A stretch of 64,000 nucleotides of DNA from Eledone cirrhosa (GCA_964016885.1 OZ024760.1:23622001-23686000); one strand, 5' to 3'; positions 26,938 to 41,465 are shown, numbered from the stretch's first letter. Numbers and translations: made by a program. Notes: generated from the letters alone by a model not told the origin.

Positions 26938-26940
<3 letters not shown>
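26820..26940. mobile_element. PLE-like family 2 copy lacking the central palindrome
   Basis: Matches 52715-52747 joined directly to ~52849-52937. Confidence 0.75.
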
Positions 26941-27020
<80 letters not shown>

Positions 27021-27208
27021 GAGTAATATATGTAAATATATATATATACATATATTACTCTATGTATATATATATATATATATATAACTCTATGTATATA
27101 TATATATATATATATATATAACTCTAGTTATATATATATATATATATAACTCTATTTATATATATATATATATTTATATAACTATATGTATATATATGTT
27201 TATATAAC

Positions 27209-27246
<38 letters not shown>

Positions 27247-27670
27247 CAGTTTTATAAATATATATATATATATTCATATTAATATATTCATATATTTATT
27301 TATCTATATACATATATATGTGTATAGTTATATCTCTGTATATTTAAATATCTATATAGTTATATATTTAATAATATTAATAACAAAAATAAACAAAAGG
27401 TAGTTACTTAACATCACCTCTATTGTTTTTATTATATATATTTCGAAGATGCAACATAATCCAAAACATGTTAGTTATTTATGTAGACATTTATGAATAT
27501 AGTTATATGTTTATATGTTTATGTAGTTATGTAGTTATGTATTTTTTATGTAGTTGTAGTTATATAGATTCCATTGTTACTTTGAAAATAATCTTGATCC
27601 TGTGTATTGTGTAGTTCGTGTATTCACGCATGTACATTGGGTCAGTGACACAAACATCTACATACATTTA

Positions 27671-27741
<71 letters not shown>

Positions 27742-27801
27742 CAATATTTGTTTTGAGACACGATTTCATATAAAAATCTCGCAAAACAAATTCATCGCCT
27801 T

Positions 27802-27845
<44 letters not shown>

Positions 27846-27846
<1 letters not shown>

Positions 27847-27920
27847 TAAAAGTTATACAAGGTTCAATGAATACATCAAAGAATGAGTTTTACATCAGAT
27901 TGGAAGCACTCAACAGGAAA
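27846..27920. mobile_element. Short dispersed repeat, reverse complement of ~44510-44580
   Basis: CAAGGTTCAATGAATACATCAAAGAATGAGTTTTACA..AGATTGGAAGCACTC versus GAGTGCTTCCAATCT..TGTAAAACTCATTCTTTGATGTACTCATTGAATCTTG. Confidence 0.7.
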
Positions 27921-27991
27921 AAGGTGTTCCAGTGTTATTAATATTAATTCAAAATATTAATTTACATCTATTTTGTTAATATTTTGAATTA

Positions 27992-28036
<45 letters not shown>

Positions 28037-28140
28037 TAGTAAACGGAATAGAAAATGCTGACAAATTGTTCACAGTTGAAAAATGGTTTAATTAGGAATA
28101 AAAGAGTATTAGTGATTGTATGGGTTAGTATTCAGTTGGG

Positions 28141-28480
28141 GTGTGGCACGCCGCCCAGGCTTTGCTCCTCCTCTCGACCACGTCATCTTCTGTATTCCCA
28201 ATCTTTGCTCCCAGATACGGGAAATCCTCAACCAATTCTAGCGCCTTCCCGCCTACATTCATAATCTTCTCCGGCTTCTTAATATTGTCTACCAGATATT
28301 TCTCCAGTCTCCACATGCTGCATCAAATACTCTGCCTCCTTCACTGTATTTGTCACCAGAACTATGTCGTTAGCAAATTCAGCATCGGATATATTTTTGA
28401 CCTTAACTTTCCTGTTCTCAGCCGGTGTTACAGTAAAACAAATGTTCTGATGTTTCTCCAGCGCAAGACGCATACAGTTT
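28141..28480 (-). pseudogene. RTE LINE reverse transcriptase fragment (inverted 5' part)
   Basis: Minus strand: ISDAEFANDIVLVTNTVKEAEYLMQHVE (YADD-like), then KALELVEDFPYLGAKIGNTEDDVVERRSKAWAACH. Confidence 0.85.
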
Positions 28481-28499
28481 GAGATTGGTGCGGGAATCG

Positions 28500-28945
28500 T
28501 ACCTTGTAAATACCTGAAGATCCGTTTCTTCGTTGCTGTAGTGGAGTATGTGCTGCTGTGCGACTCTGAGACTTGGACAGTGACCAAGAAATTCACCCAG
28601 ATGATGGATAGGGGCTACAAGAGAATGCTGATGATGATGGCTCTGAACATTAATCTGTATTTAATGAGGACGAAGAACTCAGATCTGTACGGGAGCCTCC
28701 CAAATGTCAGCTCGAAAGTAGCAGAGAGGAGACTGAGGTTAGCTGGACATGCTCTCCGACATCTAGAGTTGACACTACACGCATTGCTCCTGTGGGAGCC
28801 CTCTACACGGACACACTGGAAGAGGAAGTCCGAGGTTAACATATGTTGATGCGCTAAGGACAGACATTGGTTTCTTGGAGTCGCAGGACATGGCAGCGTT
28901 AATAAGGGACAGAAACCGCTGGAGAGAACTCGTCCATGGATCTTT
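28500..28945 (+). pseudogene. RTE LINE C-terminal fragment (sense 3' part)
   Basis: Reads KIRFFVAVVEYVLLCDSETWTVTKK..RMLM..ALNI..LYGSLPNVSSKVAERRLRLAGHALRH..LLWEP..RGSPRLTYVDALRTD..RDRNRWRELV. Confidence 0.9.
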
Positions 28946-28984
28946 GGTAATGGAATGAATATATTGTGTTGTTCATTATGTAAT

Positions 28985-29046
<62 letters not shown>

Positions 29047-29646
29047 CATACATACATGCAGCAGAAATATGTAATACATTCCAAACATGTTGCATCTAAT
29101 AACTGCATACACACATGTACAGATACAAAGCGTATCCACGTGCACACAAATAACTCAAAACATACACATCCACACATACAATAACATGCATATCTACACA
29201 TGCATGCAGACATACATATCTACCTAGTTGATGTTGTGTAAATTCCAATGAGAGGGTCTTGTAACTATGTTAGAAACCGACTCTCTCTCTATTGGCAAAC
29301 AATGGTGAAATCCTCAAACAAGAAGAACATACATACATACATTCTTTTGTATGTATATGCGGACCGTCAACGAAACAGAACAACACGTAACCGTACAGTA
29401 CAATAATCATATGTACTAGTTTAATGCTTGGTATAGTATAAAAAGTCACTTAACGTTTCGGACGACATCATTTCATCGGAGAATAGAATTAGTCATTGGT
29501 GTAGAAATAGAAAGATAGTTATGATAAAGAAAATGAAGGACTGTATTCATATATAGGAGGAAACCTCGTACGCTATTTGCACTCCATCGTGTGTGTATGT
29601 TTTGTACGTATACAATATCTATATATACATATGCGTATACAATATC

Positions 29647-29678
<32 letters not shown>

Positions 29679-30009
29679 AACTACAAGCAGGCACGTGTGT
29701 TATTTAATCGCCTTACAGCTTCCACTCACCTTCTACATCATCTCCTTATATCTCAATTTTTGACAGGTGACTAATTACTCACTCACTCTCTCTCTCTCTA
29801 TCTATCTATCTATTCATCTATCTATCTCTCACCCTCTCTCTCTTTCTCTCCGCCCAACATCGTCAGTTATTCCTCTAACTACTTATCTAACATATCAACT
29901 TAACTTCATAGAAATGCCTCTCAAAAGTTCTTCTTCCCTCTCTCCTTCTTACATCACCTTTCCATGCACAGCCACTGCTTTCCCTTTCCAAATTCAAATT
30001 CCGAGACTA

Positions 30010-30435
30010 CGTTTCTAACCTAATAATTGTTTCTAGTTTAGGCACAAGGCCAGCAATTATCCAGTGCATTACTGGTACTTTATTTTATCGACCCCGTAAG
30101 GAGGAAAGGCAAAGTCAACCTCGGCGGGATTTGAATTCAGATCATAAAGGGACGTAACTCTATGCTTCAAAGCATGGTGTCCGACTCTCAACCGATACTG
30201 CCAATCCACCACCATTTCTAACCTAATAATTGTTTCTACTATTGACACAAGGCCAGCAAATTAACCAGTACATTACTGGTACTTTATTTTATCGACCCCG
30301 TAAGGATGAAAGGCAAAGTTAACCTCGGCGGGATTTGAACTCAGAATGGCAAGGGCCGTAACTCTATGCGTCAAAGCATGGCGTCCGACACTCTACCGAT
30401 ACTGCCAATTCACCGCCCGTTTCTAACCTAATAAT
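30010..30435 (-). mobile_element. Head-to-tail SINE dimer with three copies of an 18-bp target sequence
   Basis: SINEs at ~30025-30213 and ~30228-30417. C(G/A)TTTCTAACCTAATAAT at 30010, 30213 and 30418. Confidence 0.9.
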
Positions 30436-30735
30436 GAAACTACTTGACATTAATTTGCACTTTTACTTACACACGCACACACACACAAACACACTCGCAC
30501 ATTCACACTCACACACAAACACACTCGCACATTCACACTCACACATTCACACACGACCACAGACACAGTTACACACAGTCACACACACACAGCACACACA
30601 CACACACATATACATATATATATATGTGTGTGTGTGTTTGTGTAATGAGTGTGTATATATGAGTATCATTTTTGTTGTGAGAGCGCATGTGCGTTTATTT
30701 ACACACACACACACACTCTCTCTCTCTCACACTCT

Positions 30736-30801
<66 letters not shown>

Positions 30802-30986
30802 AGTACATACATGCATATAATATATATATATATATATAATCTTGTATATGTATCTATATATATATTTATTTATATATATATATATTATATGCATGTATGT
30901 ACTTATAAACATATATATATATACATATGCTTTTATCTGTATGTATGTATATATATATATATGTATATTATATGCATGTATGTATT

Positions 30987-31022
<36 letters not shown>

Positions 31023-31035
31023 GCATGTATGTATT

Positions 31036-31083
<48 letters not shown>

Positions 31084-31095
31084 GCATGTATGTAT

Positions 31096-31165
<70 letters not shown>

Positions 31166-31190
31166 TATATATTATATGCATGTATGTATT

Positions 31191-31242
<52 letters not shown>

Positions 31243-31779
31243 CTTAAATTTCAAAATCTTTAAACAATCCACTTCCCCATTCTTGATAATATACAATTTA
31301 CCAGCGTTTACAATTCTCTGTACTTTAATTTAATTTTCTAAAGTTACCTTATTGAATTTTATCAAAATTCTTTCAATGTTTATATATATTTTTATTTGTT
31401 ATATATCTTTATTATTATCATCATTTTATTTATTTTTTACTATTATTTTAAAATTATTTAAATTTTCTGAAACTTCAATGTCAAGTCTTTTTAAAATTTT
31501 ATTTTTTTTTTAAGTTTATCAGTTTTCATTTCACTGTCAGAATTTTTTTTTTTTTTTATAAATTTTTTTTTATTTTCCTGTTTATTTTTTTTTTATTTTC
31601 CTGTTTATTTTTTTTTTTTCTGTTCAATTTATTTAATTCATTTTAGTTCAATTTATTTTCTTCTAGAAAATTCTCCTATGATTTATATATTTTATTTCTT
31701 ATAAATATGTAAAGTTTATAGTTTATTGTTTTTCTATTTCACTTGAAGAGTTTTTTGTTCCCGTTCATATTATTGGTAA

Positions 31780-33547
31780 TGTGTATGTGTGTGTATGTGT
31801 TCGTATGTGTGTGTATGTGTTCGTATGTGTGTGTATGTGTTCGTATGTGTGTGTATGTGTTCGTATGTGTGTGTATGTGTTCGTATGTGTGTGTATGTTT
31901 ACGTATGCGTATGGAATGGTTTTGTGTATGTATTATTTGTGTGTTCGTGTCTGTATGTGTTCGTATGTATGTTTATGTGTGTGTATGTGTTTGTATGTGT
32001 GTGTGGAATGATATTGTGTATCTGTTACGTATGTGTTCGTATGTGTGTATGTGTTCGTAAGTGTGTGCATGCTTTCGTATGTGTGTATATGTGTTCGGAT
32101 GCGTGTGTGTTCGTATGTGTGTGTATGTGTTCGTATGTGAGTAGTTTTGTGTGTATATGTTATGTATCTGTATGTATGTGTGGTGTGTGGTGTATGTAGT
32201 ATGTATGTGTGTGTGTGTGTATGGTGTGTGGTGTATGTATGTATGTGTTTGAGTGTGTATGTGCTTGTGAATGTGTTCATCTATTGTGTGTGTATGAATG
32301 TGTTTGCGTGTGTATGTGCCGGGGGTGGGCTATATGCTTATATATGTGTTTATATGGGTTTGTGCTAGTGTATGTGTTTCTGTGTGTTTGTGTATGTGTA
32401 TCCGGTGTGTATGTGTGCGTGCGTGTATGTGTATGTGTATGTTCTTGTGTATATATGCATGTGCAATGGTATCTATGCGTATGTGTTTGTGTATATGTGT
32501 ATGTATATGTGATGCAGTTTGATGTAGTGTGTATGTGTATGAGCATGTACGTATTTGCAATGGTGTGTATGCGCATATGTATGGGTATGGATATGTAATG
32601 CAGCTTGATGTGCAGTGTATGTGCATGAGCATGTATGTGCAACGGTGTGTATGCGAATATGTATATGTATGTATATGTGATGCAGTTTTATGCGCTGTCT
32701 ATGTGTATGAGCATGTATGCATGTGCATTCGTGTGTATGCGCATATGTATGTGTAAGTATATGCTATGCAGTTTGATGTGATGTGTATATGTATGAGCAT
32801 GTATGCATGTGAAATGGTGTGTATGCGCATATGTATGTGTGTGTATATGTGATGCAGTTTGATGTGCGGTGTATGTGTATGTGCATGTACTTATGTGCAT
32901 CTGTGTGTATGTGCATATGTATATGTATGTATATGTGATGCAGTTTTATGTGCTGTGTATATGTATGAGCATGTATATATGTGCAACGGTGTGTATGCGC
33001 ATATGTATGAGTATGCATATGCGATGCAGTTTGATGTGCTGTGTATGTGTATGATCATGTATGTATGTGCAACGCTGTGTATGCGCATATGTATATATGT
33101 GTATATGTGATGCAGTTTGATGTGATATGTATATGTATGACGATGTACCCATGTGCAATGGTGTTTATGCGCATATGTGTGTGTAATTATATGCTATGCA
33201 GTTTGATGTGGTGTGCATGAGCATGTACGTATCTGCAACGGCGTGTATGTGTTTATGTAGGTGTAAGTATATGCGATGTGGTTTAGCGTGGTGTGTATGA
33301 GCATGTACGTATGTGCAACGGCGTGTATGTGTTTATGTAGGTGTAAGTATATGCGATGTGGTTTAGCGTGGTGTGTATGAGCATGTACGTATGTGCAACG
33401 GCGTGTATGTGTTTATGTAGGTGTAAGTATATGCGATGTGGTTTAGCGTTGTGTGCATGAGCATGTACGTATGTGCAACGGCGTGTATGTGTTTATGTAG
33501 GTGTAAGTATATGCGATGTGGTTTAGCGTGGTGTGCATGAGCATGGT
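31780..33547. repeat. TG-rich array grading from 20-bp units (TTCGTATGTGTGTGTATGTG) into 80-bp units
   Basis: GCATGTACGTATGTGCAACGG recurs at 33301, 33381 and 33461; diverged versions from ~32440. Confidence 0.9.
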
Positions 33548-33624
33548 GTATTTCGGTGCAATCTCGCATGCACGACATTCCATTCTAGAAACATTCTAAG
33601 ATTCTCTGCTACAGTGATTTAAAT

Positions 33625-33857
33625 ACAGCAGCAATAAACAGCAGATATTTTGCAGTTGCAACCCACACCAACCGACATTACCGGCATGCCAGATCTTAAG
33701 ATATTTAGGGCAATCAAACTAATCAGGCACAATAGAAGCAGCATTAGCAGCAGCAGCAGGTTTAGCAGCGGTGTCTCAGTGTCGTCACCATCAGCAGCTG
33801 CTGCAGTTGTAGGGCAGCAGCAACTGCAGCTGCATTTCTGTAGACATCGCTGTAAAC

Positions 33858-33893
<36 letters not shown>

Positions 33894-36410
33894 ACAACAA
33901 CACACACTAGAAGCATCGTAAGCAGCAGTTGCAATGGCAGCAGCAGTTGTAGCAGCGGTGGCATCAGTGTCGGCGCTATCATCATCAGCAGCAACTGCAG
34001 TAGAGCCCGCTGTAAAATCATCATCATCATCATCAACAACACACAATATAAGCATCGTAAACAGCATTTGCAGCAGCAGCAGTTGTAACAGCGGCTTCAG
34101 TGTCAGCGTCATCAGCAACAGCAGCTGTACAGCAGCAATAACTGCAGCTGCATTTCAGTAGACACATCTGCGAAATCATCATCAACAACGCACAATAGAA
34201 ACAACGTAAGCAGCAGTTACAGCGTAAGCAGCAGTTACAGCATTAGCAGCAGTTACAGCGCATGCAGCAGCAGAAGCAGCAGCCGTGGCATCAGTGACGG
34301 CACCAACAGCCTCTCCAGCTGCACAGCTGCTTTTCAGCAGACATCGCTGTAAAACCATTATCATCAACAACACACAATAGAAGCATCGTAACCAGCAGTT
34401 GCAGCAGTAGCAGCAGTAGCAGCATAAGTAGCAACAACAGCAGAAGCATTTGTAGCTGCGGCTTCACCATCAGCAGCAGCAGTAGAGCCGCAGCAGGAAA
34501 TGCAGTTGGAATGCAGTAGACACCGCTGTAAAGTCATCGTCACCAACAAATTCATAAGCAGCAGCAGTCTCACCATCAGCAGCTGTTGGTGCAGTAGACA
34601 CCCCTGTATAATCATCATCATCATCAGCAGCAGTCGTGGTTGTGTCATCGTCAGCCCTGCAGCAGCAACATCTGTAGCTGGTGATCTAGGAGACGCCACT
34701 TTATAATAACCAACTGCAGCATCAGCAGCAACAACTGTATCTGGTGATGCAGGTGGCGGCGCTGTTTAACCATCCTCTTAGCAGCAACAGCAGCACTTTC
34801 AGCAGTAAATGCAGCTTGTAGTGCAGTTGATATAATCACCATCAACACCAACAGCAGCAGAAGTAACGCTACGTATATCAGCTGTACAACTGCAGTTGAT
34901 GGTGCAGTTGACATAATCACCATCAACCTCATCAGCAGCAGAAGTAGCAGCCCCATCTGTAGTTATACAGCAGCAATGACAGCAACTGTTGATGCAGTTG
35001 ACATAAACAGCTGCAACACTAACAGCAGCAGAAGTAACGCTACCAATATCAGCTGTACAACTGCAGCTGATGGTGCAGTTGATATAATCCGCATCAACAG
35101 CAGCTGTAGACCAGCAGCATCTATAGCTGATAGTGCAGTCGGCATCATGATCATCAATACCAACATAAGCAGTTATACAGCAGCAGCAACTACAGCTGGT
35201 GCTGCAGTTGTCATCATATTCATGAACGCCATCATCTGCAGCAGTAGCCACACCATCATCACCTGTACAGCAGCAACAACTGCAACTGGTAGTCCAGTAG
35301 ACATTACTGTGTAATCAACATCATCAACACCATCAGCAGCCGCAGTGGCGGCACTATCATCAGCTGAACTGCAGCATAAACTACAGCTGGTGCTGCAGTT
35401 GGCATAACCATCATCAACATCGTCAGCAACTGTAGAGCAACAACAACTACAGCTGGTGCTGCAGTTGGCATAAACACCATTAACATCGTCAACAGCTGTA
35501 GAGCAACAACAACTGCAGCTGGTGGTGCAGTTCACACCACTCTATAGTCATCACCATCAAAACCCTCAGCAACAGCAATGGCGGCGGTAGCAGCACCATC
35601 AACAGCTCAACTGCAGCAACAACTACAGCTGGCCGTGCAGTAGACATGATAATTATCAACAACATGAGCTACAGCCGTTGTGGCATTACCAGCACAACCA
35701 ACAGCTGCACGACTGCAGCTAGTGGTGCAGTAGACACTGTTTTATAGTCATCAGCAGCTATATAACAGCAAAAACTGCAGCTGGTGCAGCAGTCGACATC
35801 TTAGTGTATAACCATCAGCAGCAGCATCAACAGTAGAATCAGCATCGCCAACATCAGCTGCAAAGCAACAATGACAGCAGCTGGTAGTGCAGTTAACATT
35901 ATTCAACACCATCAGCAGCAGCAGAAGCTACGGCAGCCTCACCAGCTGTAGAGCAGCCATAACTGCACCTGGTGCTGCAGTTGACATTACTATATAACCA
36001 TCACCATCAACACCACCAGTAGCATCAGTAGATGCATCAGCAGCAGCTGTGCAGCAGTAGGCATAATCATCATCAACACTATCATCTGGTGGTGTTGTTG
36101 ACACAGTCACCATCAACGCCATCAGCAACAGCAATAGCGGCAGTAGCACAAGTAGCAGCAGCATCAACAGTTGTAAAACAGCAACAACTGCATCTGGTGG
36201 TGCAGTTGACATTAATGTATAATCAGCAACATCAACAGCACCATCAAAAGCAGCAGCTATACAGCAGCTACAACTGCATCTGGTTGTGCAGCAGCCATTA
36301 CTATGTAATCAACACCATCAACATCATCATCAGTAGCGGCACTATACAGCAGCAACAACTGCAGCAGGTTTTTCAGCAGCCATTACTCTGTATACATCAT
36401 CATTATCCAA
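33625..36410. repeat. Degenerate CAG/CAT/CAA cryptic minisatellite with ~65-80-bp subunits
   Basis: Recurrent CAGCTGGTGCTGCAGTTG(G/A)CATAA..CCATCAAC motifs; no long coherent ORF. Confidence 0.85.
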
Positions 36411-36564
36411 ATACAACCTCTACGGCACAGTCGCCATCTTGCCACTTTTTGAAACACTTCTTTGTCTCGCCTCTCTCTCTCACTTTCTCTCATCTCTCTC
36501 TCACTCTCTCTCACTCTCTCTTATCCCACTCCCTCTCTCGCTCTCTCTCGCTCTCTGTCAATAC

Positions 36565-36633
<69 letters not shown>

Positions 36634-36635
36634 TG

Positions 36636-36674
<39 letters not shown>

Positions 36675-36691
36675 GTATATATGTATATATG

Positions 36692-36808
<117 letters not shown>

Positions 36809-36829
36809 GTATATATATATATGTATATA

Positions 36830-36891
<62 letters not shown>

Positions 36892-36896
<5 letters not shown>

Positions 36897-37072
36897 GTTT
36901 CTACGTTTTGGCACAAGGCCAGCTATTACCCCAGTGCATTACTGGTACTTTATTTTATCGGCCCCGTAAAGATGAAAGGCAAAGTTAACCTCGGCGGGAT
37001 TTGAACTCAGAATGGCAAGGGCCGTAACTCTATGCATCAAATCATGGCGTCCGACCCTCTACAATACTGCTA
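36892..37072 (-). mobile_element. tRNA-derived SINE
   Basis: Near-identical to 30228-30417. Confidence 0.9.
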
Positions 37073-37539
37073 ATATAATGGAATATATAAATATATACAT
37101 ATGTAATCATAATATATATATATATATATGTATATATATATGTATAATATATATATGAATGCATATATATACATATATACACATAGATATACATATAAAA
37201 TATGCATATATATATACATTATATATATATGTATACCTATGTAATATGTATATATACATAAATATATATATGTATGTATATATATGTAGGTACATTTTCC
37301 TCTTTATATAATACTATATTTTTATTATTTCTCTCTCTCTCTTTCTCTCTCTTTCTTTCTCTCTTTCTCTCTTTCTCTCTCTATCTCTCACTCTCTATCG
37401 AAGTATTTCTCATGATATTTATGCATTCCCTCTCCATGCAGCCATCACCATGGAAACATCACATTAGCAATATGTCGTTGTCTTATTTAGAGTGCAACGG
37501 GTGCATAAATGCATCTCACTTTATGTTTTCAGCCTCCTG

Positions 37540-37630
<91 letters not shown>

Positions 37631-37657
37631 TATATATATATAAATATATATATATAC

Positions 37658-37771
<114 letters not shown>

Positions 37772-37784
37772 ATGTATATATGTA

Positions 37785-37875
<91 letters not shown>

Positions 37876-37914
37876 ATGTATATATGTATATATATATATA
37901 TATGTATATATGTA

Positions 37915-38002
<88 letters not shown>

Positions 38003-38158
38003 AGTGTGTATATATATATATATGTATATGTATACATATATATATTTATGTGTATATATATATATGTATATATATGTATATATATATATATGTATATACA
38101 TATGTATTTGTATATATGTATATATACATATGTATTTGTATATATGTATATATATATG

Positions 38159-38234
<76 letters not shown>

Positions 38235-38361
38235 GTTTATATATATATATATATGTTTATATTATATATGTTTTTATATATATATATATATATATATATA
38301 ATGTATATATATATATATATATATATACATGTTTATATATATATATGTTTATATACTTATT

Positions 38362-38393
<32 letters not shown>

Positions 38394-38451
38394 TATACAT
38401 ATATATGCATATGTGTGTATATATATATACATATATGTATATATATATACA

Positions 38452-38484
<33 letters not shown>

Positions 38485-38492
38485 TATACATG

Positions 38493-38547
<55 letters not shown>

Positions 38548-38660
38548 ATATATATATATACATATATGTATATATATATATGCATATGTGTATATATATA
38601 TAAATATACATATGTGTATATATATATATATATACATATGTGTGTATATATATATATACA

Positions 38661-38705
<45 letters not shown>

Positions 38706-38861
38706 GTGTATATATATATATATATATATGCATATATGTATATATATACATATTATATGTATATATATAGATACATATATGTATTTATATATAGATACAG
38801 ACATATATATGTATACATATATATACATACAGACACACATACACACACACACATACACACA

Positions 38862-38913
<52 letters not shown>

Positions 38914-39509
38914 TATAAGTATGTTAGTGTAACAACAATTTATTGATGTACACAGGTTGGTTTATATACTATTAACATCGAGGGAGAAGGAAAGAGAGTG
39001 AGAGCGTGCGAGATTGGGTGACTCGGTGAATCACTGGCAACATTTACGTGAATATGTAATTTCAACACGTAAAACCATCAAGCTGAAACCTAAACGATGT
39101 GTCAACTCCTACTAACAACCATATTTGTTACGTGTGCAAGCAACATTATTATATAAGTAAATAGAAAATAGAACACGTCAACCTTAAGGCCTTATATAAC
39201 ATTGAAAGACCACAAAGAAAAATGGATTGCTAATGTAAAATGTTGGTTCATTAGCCAACAAAACGTGCAGTGGGGATAGTAAGCTAACACATTTTACATG
39301 CAATGAATACCAAAACAAGATATATACCGCACTTAACACAATGGAAGTGTAGTACAAACGCCTCTAATAATTGGTTTAACATTGTTCAAGAATAAGATTG
39401 ATATTCTGAAGTTGTATCCATATATTTCAAAATGTCGTCATTTCTAATCTGAAATCTGTACAATGTTGTAAAATATATACTGCAACGTATCGCAAATTGG
39501 TATATATAT

Positions 39510-39562
<53 letters not shown>

Positions 39563-39666
39563 AGGAGGTTATAGTTTGAAATTAGAGATAGAACAGATAC
39601 TCTATACCATTTCCTGTCAGCATGACTTGGCAAGCTATTTAGAACACTGGTTTGACAACTTTATTC

Positions 39667-39701
39667 CCTCTGAAGAAGAGATATTATCTCGAAAATTTAG
39701 G
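39667..39701 (+). ncRNA. Minimal type I hammerhead ribozyme in a TA-flanked PLE-like insert (~39560-39818)
   Basis: CCT-CTGAAGA-A-GAGAT ATT ATCTC-GAAA-AT-TT-AGG; palindromic AAATTT stem III. Confidence 0.6.
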
Positions 39702-39815
39702 ACATTTAAATAAATCTAAGGTAAAAGACTAATTGTCAACAATACCTTTTGCATTTGCATTGTTTATTCTATGTCCATACCTGCATTGTTTTGGCTTTAT
39801 TATACATATACAAAC

Positions 39816-39903
<88 letters not shown>

Positions 39904-39907
39904 ATAA

Positions 39908-40030
39908 AGTGGTTATACAACAGTTAGTTCACCATACCGAGAACAATTGTTTCGCCTTAGCGGTTCTTCAGATCCTCTAAGGTGAAACAATTGTTCTCGG
40001 TATGGTGAACTAACTGTTGTCACAACCACT
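39908..40030. mobile_element. Fold-back PLE-like mini-element, family 3
   Basis: Two ~60-bp inverted arms centred at ~39971. Minus strand reads CTGAAGA-A-CC GCTAA GG-C-GAAA-CAATTG-TT-CTCG. Confidence 0.75.
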
Positions 40031-40080
40031 CCTACCTAACTCATTCGTTTGCGATTCCAATTCCCTTACCACTCAGACTT

Positions 40081-40330
40081 CGGTGGATTGGCAGAATCGG
40101 TAGAGGGTCGGACGCGATGCTTTGACTTATAGAGTTACGGCCCTTGCCATTCTGAGTTCAAATCCCGCCGAGGTTAACTTTGCCTTTCATCCTTATGGGG
40201 TCGATAAAATAAAGTACCAGTAATACCAGCAGGAGGAGAAGAAGAAGAAGAAGAGGAAGGAGAAGAAGAAGAAGAAGAAGAAGAAGAAGAAGAAGAAGAA
40301 GAAGAAGAAGAAGAAGAAGAAGAAGAAGAA
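40081..40330 (+). mobile_element. tRNA-derived SINE ending in (GAA)n
   Basis: CGGTGGATTGGCAGAATCGGTAGAG..GAGTTCAAATCCCGCCGAGGTTAACTTTGCCTTTCATCC..GTCGATAAAATAAAGTACCAG. Confidence 0.9.
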
Positions 40331-41309
40331 GGGGAAGCAAAAAAAAAAAACATATCCAGATATGTAGATAAACGATGCTAAAGGAATTAATCTCTCGACC
40401 ATGAACTCAAAACACAGCGGACCGGAACGATTACTGATTGGCTCCTGTGTTGTGTTGGGGTGGGCTTGGCTGGGCTGGGCTGTGGTTAATTGCCACTAAA
40501 AATAAAAACAATTATTTCATATCACCATGTGAAAGTAACATTCCGTGACATTCTACTCACTGATTTGGTTACTAAGTACATGGCCTATGGTTGTGTGTCT
40601 GTGTGTGTGCGGGTGCGTGTGTGCGGGTGCGTGTGTGCGTCTGTATGTGTGTATGTGGATATGTGTAAGTCTATGTGTGTGAGTATGTATGGCTGTGCAT
40701 GTGTGTGTGTCTATATGGTTGGGTGTGTGGGTGGGCGTGTGTCTGTGTGCGTGTGTCTGTATGTGTGGATGTGTGTGTGTGTGTGTGGATGTGTGCGTGT
40801 GTCTGTGTGTGTGGATGTGTGTGTGTATGTATGTGTCTGTGTGTGTAGGTGTGTGTGTGTCAGTATGTGTGCGTATGTATGGAGGTGTGCGGGTGCGGGT
40901 GTGCGTCTGTATGTGTGTATGTGAATATATGTAAGTCTATGTGTGTGAGTATGTATGTGTGTGCATGTGTGTGTGTCTAATTGTGCAATTGTGTGTGTTC
41001 TCTCTATATGATTTGCGTGCGTGTGTATTTATTATAGAATGTGTATGTATCTGGTTCTAATATATATGTCTGTGTCTGAGAGTGTGTGGCTATGTGTGCA
41101 TGTGTGTGCAGTTGTCTCTCTATGTGATGTGTATCCGTGTGTATTTATTATAGAATGTGTATGTATATGTTTCTAATATATATATGTGTGTCTGAGAGTG
41201 TGTGGTACATTTGTTATCTGAATACATGTGTGTCTGTGTTGTGTGCATCTGGGTCTGTATATGTATGACTGTATATATATATATATATATATATATTACA
41301 CACACACAA

Positions 41310-41400
<91 letters not shown>

Positions 41401-41415
41401 AACACACACCACACA

Positions 41416-41465
<50 letters not shown>

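Noticed and set aside
40425-40490. CCAAT-like and GC-box-like promoter motifs
   Set aside because: Short motifs with no associated gene or transcription-start evidence.
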